This document shows, piece after piece, positions 12,848 through 26,202 of a DNA stretch of 64,000 nt. Location: positions 32,862,001 to 32,926,000 of the forward strand of contig NC_086109.1 of assembly GCF_963921235.1 (NCBI RefSeq). Reading direction: 5' to 3'. Position 1 is the stretch's first letter. Each line of letters opens with the position of its first letter. The notes beneath the pieces are model-generated. The model was not told the origin of the DNA and did no database searches. It saw only the letters and a program-made list of their open reading frames with translations. The position numbers and the translations under genes are program-made. The stretch comes from Mobula hypostoma. Taxonomy: Eukaryota.

Positions 12848-12956
12848 GCCTATGTGAACAAATTCAAATTCCAAAGTATTGTGGCGGAAGACGCTTTATG
12901 TTTTTATTTAGAGTATTTCCCAGAACTCAAGAAACAAGATATCGAGAAAAGACCAG
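12848..12956 (+). CDS. RNPEP: RNPEP coding exon
   Basis: gcag|GCC...CCAG|gtaatg; AYVNKFKFQSIVAEDALCFYLEYFPELKKQDIEKRP. Confidence 0.95.
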
Positions 12957-13217
12957 GTAATGCTGTTTTATTATTATATCAACCTTTTCGCTGAAGAAAA
13001 AGTGACGCACAATCTTCCAATAAGATTAAAATTAAAATTGCTTCAATTATTTTAATTAACTGGAACCTATCCACAATTTTATCATGACTGAGTCCTTTAC
13101 GCTTTGTTATTTTCTACCTGATTCTTTTTCAATTTATGCATGTTCTTCACCCTGTCAGTTTGGTAAGAAGCTGAACATTTAGAGAAACAAGTAAAGGATC
13201 TAAATTTTCTTATCCAG

Positions 13218-13442
13218 GATTTGAATTTGATTGTTGGCTGAATACTCCTGGATGGCCACCTTACTTGCCAGACCTTTCATGTGGTGATGCTCTCATGAAA
13301 CCAGCGGAAAGCTTGGCTTCACTATGGTTGGCTACGGAGCTGAACATGGATGCCATCAAAGCTGTTGACATATGCTCATGGAAAACCTACCAGATTGTGC
13401 ACTTCCTTGATAAACTACTGGAAAAGTCACCTTTGCCTCCAG
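13218..13442 (+). CDS. RNPEP: RNPEP coding exon
   Basis: ccag|GA...CCAG|gtattt; GFEFDCWLNTPGWPPYLPDLSCGDALMKPAESLA...WKTYQIVHFLDKLLEKSPLPP. Confidence 0.95.
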
Positions 13443-13865
13443 GTATTTAATAAGGGATGACATTTACTAACAAATACTAAAATTCCTGTCATATTGTGTA
13501 GTGTACCATAAATTGTGAAAATGTATTTTTAATTTTAAATCAGATACTAATGCTTTAACCAGAGTCCAACTGAAGTCATATTCAAAATTAAATCTGTGCA
13601 CTTTAATTTGTTTCATGCTTAATTCCAGATGTCTTCAATTGCTGTTTTGATAAATCATAGTTGATTTATAGAATTCTGTCCACTCACTTTAAACTTTGGC
13701 TTTAAAAGTTTTAATTAAACAAACACATGTTGGAAAACAGTTATCTTTTGCCCTCACTTCATTATATATGAATGCTCAGAAGAGACTTTGTAACTGTTAT
13801 AACAAATAGTGATGATTAAATGCTTTAAGAAACTGGAATAAAATTTGAAATTTCATTTTCTTTAG

Positions 13866-14008
13866 GAAATGTTGCTAAGATGGGTGAAGTGTACCCAAAT
13901 GTCTCCAGTTCCAAGAATGCTGAACTACGTTTTCGCTGGGTACAGATAATTGTGAAAAATAACCACACAGATGCATTTGATGAACTTCACAAATTTCTAC
14001 AGAGTCAG
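13866..14008 (+). CDS. RNPEP: RNPEP penultimate coding exon
   Basis: tttag|GA...CAG|gtacat; GNVAKMGEVYPNVSSSKNAELRFRWVQIIVKNNHTDAFDELHKFLQSQ. Confidence 0.93.
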
Positions 14009-14582
14009 GTACATAATTAATTATACATAAGCTGATGGTCATCCCTTCTGCAACATTCATGTAAGGTCATTAAATGTAATTTGATTGATTTGCTTTATGT
14101 GCATATGCCTTGATCAAAATTATCTTTTTAAAAAGCACTGTCAACCCTTTTATTAAGGAAATGGATAATTCTTGCATAGAGGACAGTAGTACAAAATTTG
14201 AGATGAAAATGAAACATCACAGTTACTGAGAAAAATATTTGAAGTCGAATTCAAGATATTAATAGGCTTAGGAAGACCGTATAATGGGTGTTGAAGGATA
14301 AAAGTAAGGTGGCATCTTGCATTCAAAAAATGGGGATGAAGGCTTTTTTTTAAACAAAAGACGAGAATGTGGTACTAAAGATATTTGATATAGAAAATGA
14401 AAGCCAAATTCCATTTTTTTGGTAGTTAAGTATAATAAACATGCTATTGTTATTCCTGCCTACCTCACAAAAAGTCCAATATGGAGGGACACTTGTAATC
14501 TGCATGTAAAACTCAAATTCCAAACCTTACTGAATAATTAAATTCAAATAGTAATTCACCCTATTATGCTGCAAATTGTACT

Positions 14583-17500
14583 GCGAGAGCTACAGGGAGG
14601 TAGTCACACCTAGGCTGCCAGAAGCGGGTCGTTGGGTGACAGTCAGAGGGGGGAAAGCGAAGGTGAGCAGACAGGTAGTGCAGAGCACCCCTGTAGCCAT
14701 TCCCCTGAAAAATAAGTTTACCGTCCTAGATACTGTTGGCGGGGATGACCGGCCAGGTGTGAGCCACGGTGGCAGGGCCTCTGGCACAGAGTCTGACCCT
14801 GTGGTGCAGAAGGGTGGGACAGAGAAGAGGAGAGCTGTTGTCATTGGAGACTCTATAGTCAGGGGAACAGACAGGAGATTTTGTGGACGTGAGAAGGACA
14901 CCCGCATGGTTTGTTGCCTCCCGGGTGCCAGGGTCCGGGATGTCTCTGACTGGGTGCATGACATCCTGGTACGAGAGGGGAAACAACCAGAAGTTGTGAT
15001 ACACGTTGGGACCAACGACATAGGCAGGAAGAGGGATGAGGTCCTGAAGTGAGAGTTTCGGGAACTAGGCAGAAGGCTGAAGAACAGGACCTCAAGGGTG
15101 GCGTTCTCAGGATTGCTGCCAGTGCTACATGACAGTGATGGTAAGAATTGGAGGAAATTGCAGTTGAATGCGTGGCCGAGGAGTTGGTGCAGGGAGCAGG
15201 GTTTTAGATTTTTGGATCATTGGGATCTCTTCTGGGGAAGGTGGGACCTGTACAGATTGGATGGGTTGCATCTGAACTCGACGGGGAGCAATATCCTTGC
15301 AGGTAGGTTTGCTAGCATACTTTAGGTGGGTTTAAACTAATTTGCAAGAGGGATGGGATCCAGAGCGATAGAGCAGTGAGGTGCATTGAGTAAAGCCAGA
15401 TCTAACATATAGAGAGGCTTTGAGGAAAGACAAGTACAATGAAGGGTGTAAAGGTAGGAAGGCAGAAGGGCTAAAATGCATGTACTTCAATGCAAGAAGC
15501 ATCAGGAGCAAAGGTGATGAACTGAGAGCTTGGATACATACATGGAATTATGATGTAGTGGCCATTACAGAGATTTGGCTGGCACCAGGACAGGAATGGA
15601 TTCTGAATATTCCTGGATTTCAGTGCTTTAAAAGGGATAGAGAGGGGGGTAAAAGGGGAGGAGGGGTGGCATTACTGGTCAGGGATACTATTACAGCTAC
15701 AGAAAGGGTGGGTAATGTAGCAGGATCCTCTTTTGAGTCAGTATAGGTGGAAGTCAGGAACAGGAAGGGAGCAGTTACTCTATTGTGAGTATTCTATAGG
15801 CCCCCTGGTAGCAGCAGAGATACTGAGGAACAGATTGGGAGGCAGATTTTGGAAGGGTGCAAGAATAACAGGGTTGTTATCATGGGTGACTTTAACTTCC
15901 CAAATATTGATTGGCACCTGATTAGTTCCAAGGGTTTGGACATGGCAGAGTTTGTTAAGTGTGTACAGGACATATTCCTGTCACAGTATGTTGACAGGCC
16001 AACTTGGGGGAATGCCATACTAGATCTAGTATTAGGTAATGAACTGGGTCAGGTCACAGATCTCTCATGGTGTGAGCATGTGGGGGACAGTGACCACCGC
16101 TCCCTGGCCTTCAGTATTATCATGGAAAAGGATAGAATCAGAGAGGACAGGAAAATTTTTAATTGGGGAAGGGCAAATTATGAGGCTATAAGGCTAGAAC
16201 TTGCGGGTGTGAATTGGGATAATGTTTTTGCAGGGATATGTACTATGGACATGTGGTCGATGTTTAGAGATCTCTTGCAGGATGTTAGGGATGAATTTGT
16301 CCCAGTGAGGAAGATAAAGAATGGTAGGGTGAAGGAACCATGGGTGACAAGTGAGGTGGAAAATCTAGTCAGGTGAAAGAAGGCAGCATAGGTTTAGGAA
16401 GCAAGGATCAGATGGGTCTATTGAGGAATATAGGGTAGCAAGAAAGGAGCTTAAGAAGGGGCTGGGGGACGTCACGTGATGACGTAGGATCAAGACATGG
16501 AAATCCAACTCTCCCGTTTAAAAAAAAAAATCAAAAGTATCGTTTAAATAAAGAAAAGTTAATAAATATTTTTTGAAAGCTACTTATAAATACTCAAGAT
16601 TATTTTAAGATATGCCTTGTAAACAGAAACAGAAGAAGACTACCATTTTGACGACACCCCGAGATGGGAAGAAAAAAGGGCCTACTACTACGATGGAACC
16701 TCGTGTTTTGGTTGGATCTCCTTTCGAGGAGACACACTTTGTCTCCGGTGTTGAAGAACAGGAGGCAGCGGCAACAGCAGCAGTCTCTAGGAAGAAGAAG
16801 CAGGAATTGCACATGCGTAAAGAAGCGGGCATGCGCAAATTGGTACAAGCTGAACTACAAGATCCGATTGCCACTGAAAGTGAGAGTGATCTGGAGTTAA
16901 AATCCAATCCCCCGGTGAATATAGATGAAGAAAAGGAGGAAGAAGAACAAGAGATTAAAAGTAAAAAAAATCGTGGAGACATAAGAGAGGCCTTAGTGCA
17001 AATAATGGCTGAATTAAAAGTAATAAAAACAGATGCTAAAAACATGAAGACTATGTTTGATAATGTTATGAAAAAACAGGAGAAAACGGATAAGCAAGTT
17101 TAAAGAGTTGGAAGAAATAATGGAGGACGCCAAAGATAGAGTGGACAAGATAGAAGATAATATCCTTGCCTGGACAACAGAAAGAAAATGGCTGTTGGAA
17201 AAAGTGGATGTGCTGGAAAATTTTAGTAGGCGATATAATATTAAGATTGTCGGTCTTAAAGAAGGTATAGAGGGGGAGGATCCAATAAAATTTTTTCAAA
17301 GATGGATCCCGGAAATCTTGCAAATGGAAGAGGGAAATCGGTCAATTGAAATTGAAAGGGCACATAGAGCTTTAAGACCAAGACCAAAACCACACCACGA
17401 CCAAAATCTGCGATCAATTTTAATAAAATGTTTAAGATATCAAGATAAAGGAAGGATTCTGCAGGCGGCTGCCCAAGATGCCAAAAAAAGTGGCCACTGA

Positions 17501-20500
17501 TGATAGAAGGAAACAGTTCTTTTCTACCCTGACATAAGTTATGAACTTTTGAAGAAAAGGAAGGTATTCAACCCAGTGAAAAAAGTCCTATGGGGAAATG
17601 GTTATCAATTTATACTGCGCCATCCTGCAATGTTGAAGATTTTTTGGCTGATGGAAAAAGAAAATTTTTTTACCTGATTAACTGAAGGCGGAGAAGTTTG
17701 TACAAGAATCTTTGAATATTCGCTAGACACAGGAAGAAATCCAGTGGGACGAGATGGATTAAAGATGAAGACTGGGATAGGGAATAGACTTGGTGGATCT
17801 TTAAGGGTGGAAGAATATACAAATATATTAATTATATGATAGAGGGGAAGAAATGTAAAAGTTTGAGGAATATTAGTTGGGAGGAGTGATATTAAAGTTA
17901 TTTATTTATTTATTTATGTGTGTGTGTGTATGTGTGTGTGTTTGTGTGTGTGTGTGTGTTTTACGGGGAGCAGGAAGAACTACTGATCGATTGCTACGGG
18001 ATTCATGTGTGTAATCATGGCGGCAGCCATGGCCTGCAAAATGGAGGGGGTAATGTTGTGGGGTTTTCTTTTACTCTCAACATTAGTAGGGGGGTACTTT
18101 GTTATTTGTTTTATAATTTATCTTTCTTTTATTTCTTTCTCTTTGCCTGGATGATTGGGGGTGGGGGTGGGGGGGGAAGACACATAGCAACATGGTGAAT
18201 TTTAAAGAGATTCCCCAAGGAACTATGAGAGTGGAAATGTTTAGTAATGTTATAGATTGGGAGTAATTTTGTTAAGAATAATGACTAACTTATTGAATTT
18301 TTTGAGTTTTAATGTTAATGGGCTTAATGGACCAGTGAAAAGAAAAAGAATTTTAACACATATTAAGAAGATGAAGGTAGATATAGCCTTCTTGCAGGAA
18401 ACACACTTAACAGAGATAGAACATCAGAAATTAAAGAGAGATTGGGTGGGACGTGTAATTGCAGCTTCATTTAATTCAAAAACGAGGGGAGTTGCAATTT
18501 TGGTCAATAAAACATTACCAATTAGAATACAAAATGTAATAACTGATTCTGCAGGGAGATAATTGATTATACATTGCCAACTTTTTTCGGAATTATGGAC
18601 TCATGAATATTTATGCACCAAATGAAAATGATGCTAAATTTATACAAGAAGCCTTTTTGAATTTGGCTGATGCACATGATAAAATATTAATAGGTGGAGA
18701 TTTTTAACTTTTGTCTAAACCCAGTTTTAGATGGATCAACCAAGGCTGTTACAAAATTGAAAGTAGTAAAATTAACTATCATTGGTGAAAGATTTAAATT
18801 TGATTGATGTATGGAGAAGAATTAACCCAAGAGAAAGAGATTATTTGTTCTATTCAAACAGACATAAAACTTACTCAAGGATAGATTTTTTTTTACTATC
18901 AACGAATATTCAGGATAGAGTAAAACATATGGAATATAAAAGGAGAATATTGTCAGATCATTCTCCTCTAATAATGACAATGATGATGACGGATAAGGAG
19001 GAATCGACTTACAGATGGAGATTTAATTCAGTATTAAAATGTCAAGACTTCTGTGATTTTATGAAAAAACAGATTCAATTTTTTTTGGATACAAACTCTT
19101 ATTCAGTTGATCATAAATTTGTATTATGGGACACAATGAAAGCATATTTGTGGGGTCAGATAATAAGTTATACTTCTAAAATTAAGAAGGAATATATGGT
19201 AGAACTAGACCAACTGGAAAAAGATTACAAAATTAGAAAAAGAATCTCAAAGACATATGATAGAAGAAAAACGAAGACAACTCGTCAATAATAAGCTACA
19301 ATATAATACACTTCAGACATACCGAACGGAAAAAGCAATTATGAGAACTAAGCAGCGGTATTATGAGTTAGGTGAGAGACCACACAAGATTCTTGCCTGG
19401 CAGTTGAAAACAGAACAGGCTTCCAAAACGATAAATGCAATTACAACAAGTGCAAATAAAATAAACCTTTAGAAATTAATGAAACCTTTAAAAGTTTTTA
19501 CTCTGAATTATATCAATTGGAATCACAAAATGATGTTCATGAGATAGAAAGATTTTTATCACAAACAACTCTCCCAGAATTGAAAATGGAAGAACAGAAG
19601 GGATTAGATATGCCTTTTACATTAAAATAGGTTGAAGAAGCTTTAGGATCACTTCAGAGTAATAAATCTCCAGGAGAGGATGGTTTTCTGCCTGAATTTT
19701 ACAAAAAGTTTAAAGATTTATTAATTTCTCCTTTTACGGAGTTAATATGTCAAGCAGAAAGAACACATAAACTTCCAGAATCTTTTTTGACAGCGATTTT
19801 AATAGTATTGCCAAAGAAGGATAGAGATCCTTTAAATCCAGCATCATATCGGCCTATTTCTTTGTTGAATACGAATTATAAAATAATAGCAAAAATTTTA
19901 TCTAGTAATTATCTAAATATTTACCAAAATTAATACATGGATCAAACATGATTTATTAAAAATAGACAATCGGCAGATAATGTAACTCGGTTACTTAGTA
20001 TAATTCATTTGGCACAAAAGAGGGAGGAAATGAGTGTGGCAGTAGCTTTGGATGCAGAAAAAGTATTTGATAGATTGGAATGATATGTTTTATTTAAAGT
20101 ATTTGAAAAATATGGGTTAGGAGTACTTTTTATAAACTGGATTAAAACCTTAAATACTAATCCCAACGCTAAAGTAGTGACAAATGGCCAAATTTCAACA
20201 CCATTCCAGTTTAAAAGGTCAACTAGACAAGGTTGTCCATTATCACCTGCTTTATTTGTATTGGCGATAGAACCATTAGCTGAATTAATTAGAATTGATT
20301 CAGATATTAAGGGTTTTAGAGTTAATCGGGAGGAATATAAGATTGATTTATTTGCTGATGATGTTTTGATCTATTTAACAAACCCATTGCATTCATTGTG
20401 TAAATTATCTTCTAGATTGGAAGAGTATGGGAAAGTATCAGGGTATAAAATAAACTAGGATAAAAGTGAAATTTTACACCCCTTACTAAAGGAGACTATA

Positions 20501-23500
20501 GTCAATGTCGATTAGCAACTCAATTTAGATGGCCGATAAATGGTATAAAGTATTTAGGTATAAGAGTTGATAATGATATGAATAATTTATATAAATTATT
20601 TATCACTATTGAAAAAAATTCAAGAAGATCTTGATAAATGGATGATGTTACCAATAACATTAGTGGGTAGATTTAATGCTGTAAAAATGAATATTTCCTA
20701 AATTACTGTATCTATTTCAAACATTACCAATACAATTGTCGCAGAAGTTTTTTCAAGAGTTAAAAAAGAACTTCCAAATTTTAAGAATTACTAAAAAGCA
20801 AATCAACTTAGATTTATTGCATCTTTTTTTTTTGATGAAGAAAAACCGGCATGGATTAGAATAGTATTAGGTAAGATAGGAGAAAATACATCGGAAGATT
20901 TTATATATTAATGGGAATCGAAATGGATACTGGAAAAGAAAGAATCTCCTATATTAAAACATTTGATTTATGGAATAAGATAAATGTTGATGAAATAAGG
21001 AAATCTTTATTAGCAAGGAAACCTCTGATTCAACATAGACTTATTCCCTTTACAATGGATAATCAACTTTTATATAATTGGTATCAAAAAGGGATTTGAT
21101 GTGTAGGAGACTGTTATGAAGGTGGTATATTGATGTCATTTGAACAATTAAAGAATAAATACAAAATATCAAATAAAACTTTTTGTTATTTTCAATTAAC
21201 GATTTACTTAAGCGATAAACTGGGTCAAACAATGTTATTGCTGAAACCTAACGAAATTGAAACTTTAATTCAAAAAGGAAAGATTAAAAAATTTACTACT
21301 TTTATGTATAATCTGATTCAAAAACAGACATTTAAACAAGGAATCCATAAGTCAAGACAAAAATGGGAAACGGATTTGAATATTGAAACAAGTTGGTCAA
21401 GACTGTGTCTTGACGGTATGACAAATACAATAAATGTTCGACTCAGATTAGTACAATATAATTTTTTACATCAATTATATATTACACCACAAAAAATAAA
21501 TAGATTAAACCCAAACTTATCTGATCAATATTTTCAGTGTAATCAAGAAATTGGTACTCTTATATTCTACTTGGTCTTGTTTCAAAATTCAACCTTTTAG
21601 ATAAATTTAAGAGTTTTATTGGAACACAACTTCCACATAACGTAATATTATTTTATTAGGTGACATTGAAGGGATAAAACGGAAACTTAAATTGAATAAA
21701 TATCAGAAAGAATTTATAAAAATTGCATTGGCAGTAGCCAAAAAGACTATTGCAGTTACTTAGAAATCGAATTCGTATTTAAGTATGGATCGTTGGAATA
21801 ATGTATTCCACTTGAAAAAAAACTTCTAATTTAAGGAATAAATATGATACATTTTTGAGTATCTGGCGCCCTTATTTACAAAAGGTAGGATTGTATATAT
21901 AGGTGCTCCGATGATATAGATGTTGGTCCTCTGGGGAAAGAAACAAATACATATATTAAATTTATTTTGAATCCCATGGAGCATGTGGAGACCTTCCAAT
22001 ATCCAGGCAGGCTTTCTTTCCTTTTTTTTGTTTTTTTCCCTTTTTTTAGGTAGGGGTATGTTACGGGGGGAAGGGTCAAGGGGAGGGGGGATGGTAGATA
22101 TATTATTCTATGTAATTAAATTTGAAAATTGAATTTTAAAAAATTTTAAAAAAGGGGCTGAGGAGAGCAAGAAGGGGGCATGAGAAGGCCTTGGCAAGTA
22201 GGGTAAAGGAAAACCCCAAGGCATTCTTCAATTATGTGAAGAAAAAAAGGATGACAGGAGTGAAGGTAGGACCAATTAGAGATAAAGGTGGGAAGATGTG
22301 CCTGGAGGCTGTGGAAGTGAGCGAGATCCTCAATGGATACTTTTCGGTATTCACCAATGAGAGGAAACGATGATGGTGAGGACAATATGAGTGAGGTCGA
22401 TGTTCTGGAGCATGTTGATATTAAGGGAGAGGAAGTGTTGGAGTTGTTAAAATACATTAGGACTGATAAATCCCCGGGGCCTGACGGAATATTCCCCAGG
22501 CTGCTCCACAAGGCGAGGGAAGAGATTGCTGAGCCTCTGGCTAGGATCTTTATGTCCTCGTTGTCTACAGGAATGGTACCGGAGGATTGGAGGGAGGCAA
22601 ATGTTGTCCTCTTGTTCAAAAAAAGGTAGTAGGGATAGTCCGGGTAATTATAAACCAGTGAGCCTTGCGGCTGCCGTGGGAAAGCTGTTGGAAAAGATTT
22701 TTAGAGATAGGATCTATGGGTATTTAGCGAATCATAGTCTGATCAGGGACAGTCGGCATAGCTTTGTGAAGGGCAGATTGTGTCTAACAAGCTTGATAGA
22801 GTTCTTTGAGGAGGTGACCAGGCATATAGATAAGGGTAGTGCAGTGGATGTGCTCTATATGGATTTTAGTAAGGCATTTGACAAGGTTCCACACGGTAGG
22901 CTTATTCAGAAAGTCAGAAGGTATGGGATCCAGGGAAGTTTGGCCAGGTGGATTCGGAATTGGCTTGCCTGCATAAGGCAGAGGGTCGTGGTGGAGGGAG
23001 TACATTCAGACTGGAGGGTTGTGACTAGTGGTGTCCCACAAGCATCAGTTCTGGGACCTCTACTTTTCGTGATTTTTTTAACGACCTGGATGAGGGGGTA
23101 GTTGGCAAGTTTGCAGATGACACAAAGGTTGGTGGTGGTGTGGATAATGTAGAGGATTGTCGAAGATTGCAGAAAGACATTGATGGGTTGCAGAAGTGGG
23201 CTGAGAAGTGGCAGGTGGAGTTCAACCCGGAGAATTGTGAGGTGGTACATTTTGGAAGGACAAACTCCAAGGCAGAGTTCAAAGTAAATGGCAGGATACT
23301 TGGTAGTGTGGAGGAGCAGAGGGATCTGGAGGTACATGTCCGCAGAGGGATCTGGAGGTACATGTCCACAGATCCCTGAAAGTTGCCTCAGAGGTGGATA
23401 GGGTAGTTAAGAAAGCTTATGGGGTGTTAGCTTTCATAAGTCGAGGGATAAAGTTTAAGAGTCACGATGTAATGATGCAGCTCTATAAAACTCTGGTTAG

Positions 23501-24029
23501 GCCACATTTGGAGTACTGTGTCCAGTTCTGGTTGCCTCAGTATAGGAAGGATGTGGAAGCATTGGAAAGGGTACAGAGGAGATTTACCAGGATGCTGCCT
23601 GGTTTAGGGAGTATGGATTATGATCAGAGATTAAGGGAGCTAGGGCTTTACTCTTTGGAGAGGAGGAGGTGAGAGGAGACATGATAGAGGTATACAAGAT
23701 ATTAAGAGGAATACGTAAGAGTCCTATTCAGTGCCTCTTCCCCAGGGCACCACTGCTCAATACAAGGGGACAGGGCTTTAAGGTAAGGGGTGGGAAATTC
23801 AAGGGGGATATTAGAGCAAGGTTTTTTTACTCAGAGTGGTTGGTGCATGGAATATCCTGCCTGAGTCGGTGGTGAAGGCAGATACACTAGTGAAATTTAA
23901 GAGACTACTAGACAGGTATATAGAGGAATTTAAGGTGGGGGGGGTATATGGGAGTCAGGGTTTAAGGGTCGGTACAACAATGTGGGCCAAGGGGCCTGTA
24001 CCGTGCTGTATTATTCTATGTTCTATGTT
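14583..24029 (+). mobile_element. Inactive 5'-truncated CR1 LINE in the last RNPEP intron, split by an L1 at 16465-22151
   Basis: ORF1 SGNH esterase (VIGDSIVRG, CLPGARV, VGTNDI, DGLHLN), APE (FNARSI, GDFN, SDH), RT (DFSKAFDKVPH, GVPQ, FADDTK), (TTCTATG)n tail; many stops and frameshifts. Confidence 0.93.
16465..22151 (+). mobile_element. Full-length (about 5.7 kb) decayed L1 LINE
   Basis: ORF1 (SRRYNIKIVGLKEGIEG, EIERAHR), ORF2 APE (SFNVNGLN, FLQETH, SRIDFF, SDH), RT (TRQGCPLSP, FADDV), (TG)n between ORFs, G-rich 3' UTR, A-rich end; TSD aaggggctg at 16456-16464 and 22152-22160. Confidence 0.93.
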
Positions 24030-24060
24030 AAATGTTTTGACCCTTTTCCTTTTGTCACAG

Positions 24061-24210
24061 GGTAAACAGAAGTACACAGTTCCCGTTTATCGAGCCATGT
24101 GGTCTGGATCTGAAAGGACACGCAAGTTAGCACAGGAGATTTTTGCAGCTACAGGAAATCAACTTCACAAAAATGTACAGAATTATGTGAAAAAAATCAT
24201 TTGTAATTAA
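24061..24210 (+). CDS. RNPEP: RNPEP last coding exon
   Basis: polypyrimidine tract then cacag|GGT; GKQKYTVPVYRAMWSGSERTRKLAQEIFAATGNQLHKNVQNYVKKIICN*; the 8 exons total 1207 nt with consistent phases. Confidence 0.95.
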   Translation, partial: GKQKYTVPVYRAMWSGSERTRKLAQEIFAATGNQLHKNVQNYVKKIICN

Positions 24211-24489
24211 GATTCACTAATGATGTAATTTAAATGAATAGCTTCCAGGAAATCTTTGAATATTATACTTCATAATATTTGTGGCTCTATAAACTTCATT
24301 GTTTTCAGATTTAAATTGGGTAAATCAATTCATGCTTCCAAAATTGCCATGATATTCTTTGTTGTACTAATGTGTTCTTTCCTGTGTGTTTGCCAAGAAC
24401 AGATCTGGGTTAGATCTGTCAAATTCAATTGTATGCATATCTTATTAGCACATGTGAGCTGCAAAAATATTTGGAAGTGTTTCACATAA

Positions 24490-25510
24490 CCAAAGTTCAA
24501 GTGGATTTATTATTAAAGTGTATATATGTCACCATACACAACCCTGAGATTCATTGTCTTGCAGTTATACTCAATAAATCTGTAGAATAATCACCATAAT
24601 GGAATCAATGAAAGACTGCACCAAATTGGGCATTCAACCAGTGTGCAAAAGACAACAAACTATGCAAATACAAATAAAGAAATAATAAATAAATAACCAA
24701 TAAATAGCGAGAACAGATAAGGAGTCCTTAAAAGTGAATCAGTAGGTTGTGGGAACACCTCAATGTTGGGGATGAGCAAGTTGTTCCTTCCGGTTCAAGA
24801 ACCTGATACCTGAGTGGTGTAGGTCCTGAGGCTCCTATACCTTCCAGTTAGCAGCAGTGAGAAGAGAGTATAACCTGTGTGGGGTCCCCAGTGATGGTGC
24901 TGTTTTCCTGCAATAGCATTTTGTGTAGGTGTGCTTAGGGATGTGGAGGGCTTTACACGTGATGGACTGGGCCCGATCCACTACTTTCAGTAGGATTTTC
25001 TATTCAAAGGCTGTGATGCAGCCAGACCATATACTCTCCACCAAACATGTGTAGAAGTCTAAGAAGAGGAGCTACTGTATTTTCTTCATAATTACACTTG
25101 TGTGTTGGGCCAGAACAGATCATCCAAAATAACAGCACTGAGGAATTTAAAGTTGCGGACCCTCTCCATCTCTACTGCTCTGATGAGGACTGGCTGATGG
25201 ATCTCTGCTTTCCATCTCCTGAAATCAATAATCAGCTCCTTAGTCTTGCTAAACCAGATTTTCAATCTCCCTCCTGTATGCTGATTTGTCACCATCTTTG
25301 ATTCAGCCTATGACAGTGGCGTCATCAGCAAACGTGAATTATGGCATTGGAACTGTGCTTAGCCACAGAGTCATATGTAAAGTGAGTAGAGCAGAAGACA
25401 AAGCACACAGTCTTGTGGTGCACCAGTGCTGATGGAGATTGTGGAGATGATGATGCCAATCTGAACTGACTGGGGTCTGCAAGTGAGGAAATTGAGAATC
25501 CAATTGGATT
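24490..25510 (-). mobile_element. Rex1/Babar-like LINE 3' fragment downstream of the RNPEP stop
   Basis: Minus-strand SKTKELIIDFRR...MERVRNFKFL; 3' end shared with the 41925-44640 copy. Confidence 0.7.
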
Positions 25511-25729
25511 GTGCTCTTGTGGATCTTTGCTCAGGTACTTTTAATGTTTCATGCCTCTTTCAATAGTCATCATCATCTTGGTGTATTCCTACTACTGACT
25601 TTCTCTTCTAAATCATTTCTATGGAAATATTTGTATTTGGTAGCAAAATCAATATTTTTGAAAGGAAAATTAGGCCAGTGCATAATCAAAGGACACTCAG
25701 TATGTGTGCAAACTGGAATCTGTACAATG

Positions 25730-25735
25730 AATAAA
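25730..25735 (+). terminator. Candidate RNPEP polyadenylation signal (AATAAA)
   Basis: AATAAA in unique sequence downstream of the stop; earlier AATAAAs (about 24573-24700) lie within a repeat. Confidence 0.3.
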
Positions 25736-26202
25736 GTTGTTACCACAAACAAGGCAAGCTTTGATATATTTACTTAACTAGCTTTAAATGCATATCCAGT
25801 ATGCTTGTAGAATTTTAATATTGTGCTCACTATTGGCAAAGGTAAAATTTGCTTAACTAATTTATCAGAAATACTCGTATGCAGGCAAAAGTGCCGAACT
25901 TAGCCATGGGCTAATGTAGGAATGTGTAAAATTGTATACTTATCTTTTATTCCTTCCCCCCTCCCCCCACACCATTCACCCCAGAAGTTCACATCTTATT
26001 TGTAACCCCATAATGAATTTTACTTATCTTTTCTATTTAAGATTACAATACCATCTTACCTACTGGTCTAATAGGAAGCCATGGGCCCTGTTCTACCAAA
26101 ATGATTCCACTGTCACTGAAAATAACACTTCAGCTATTCTTAAGATCTTAACCTTCAACTTTAAAGAAAAAGTTGATTTGGTTTTTCTACTGCTTATGTA
26201 TC

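Noticed and set aside
23316..23367. 26-bp perfect tandem duplication
   Set aside because: Real, but only a frameshifting slippage lesion in an already dead CR1.
23836..24210. 124-aa ORF joining CR1 3' sequence to the RNPEP C-terminus
   Set aside because: Chance in-frame read-through across a canonical acceptor at 24060; only 24061-24210 is RNPEP.
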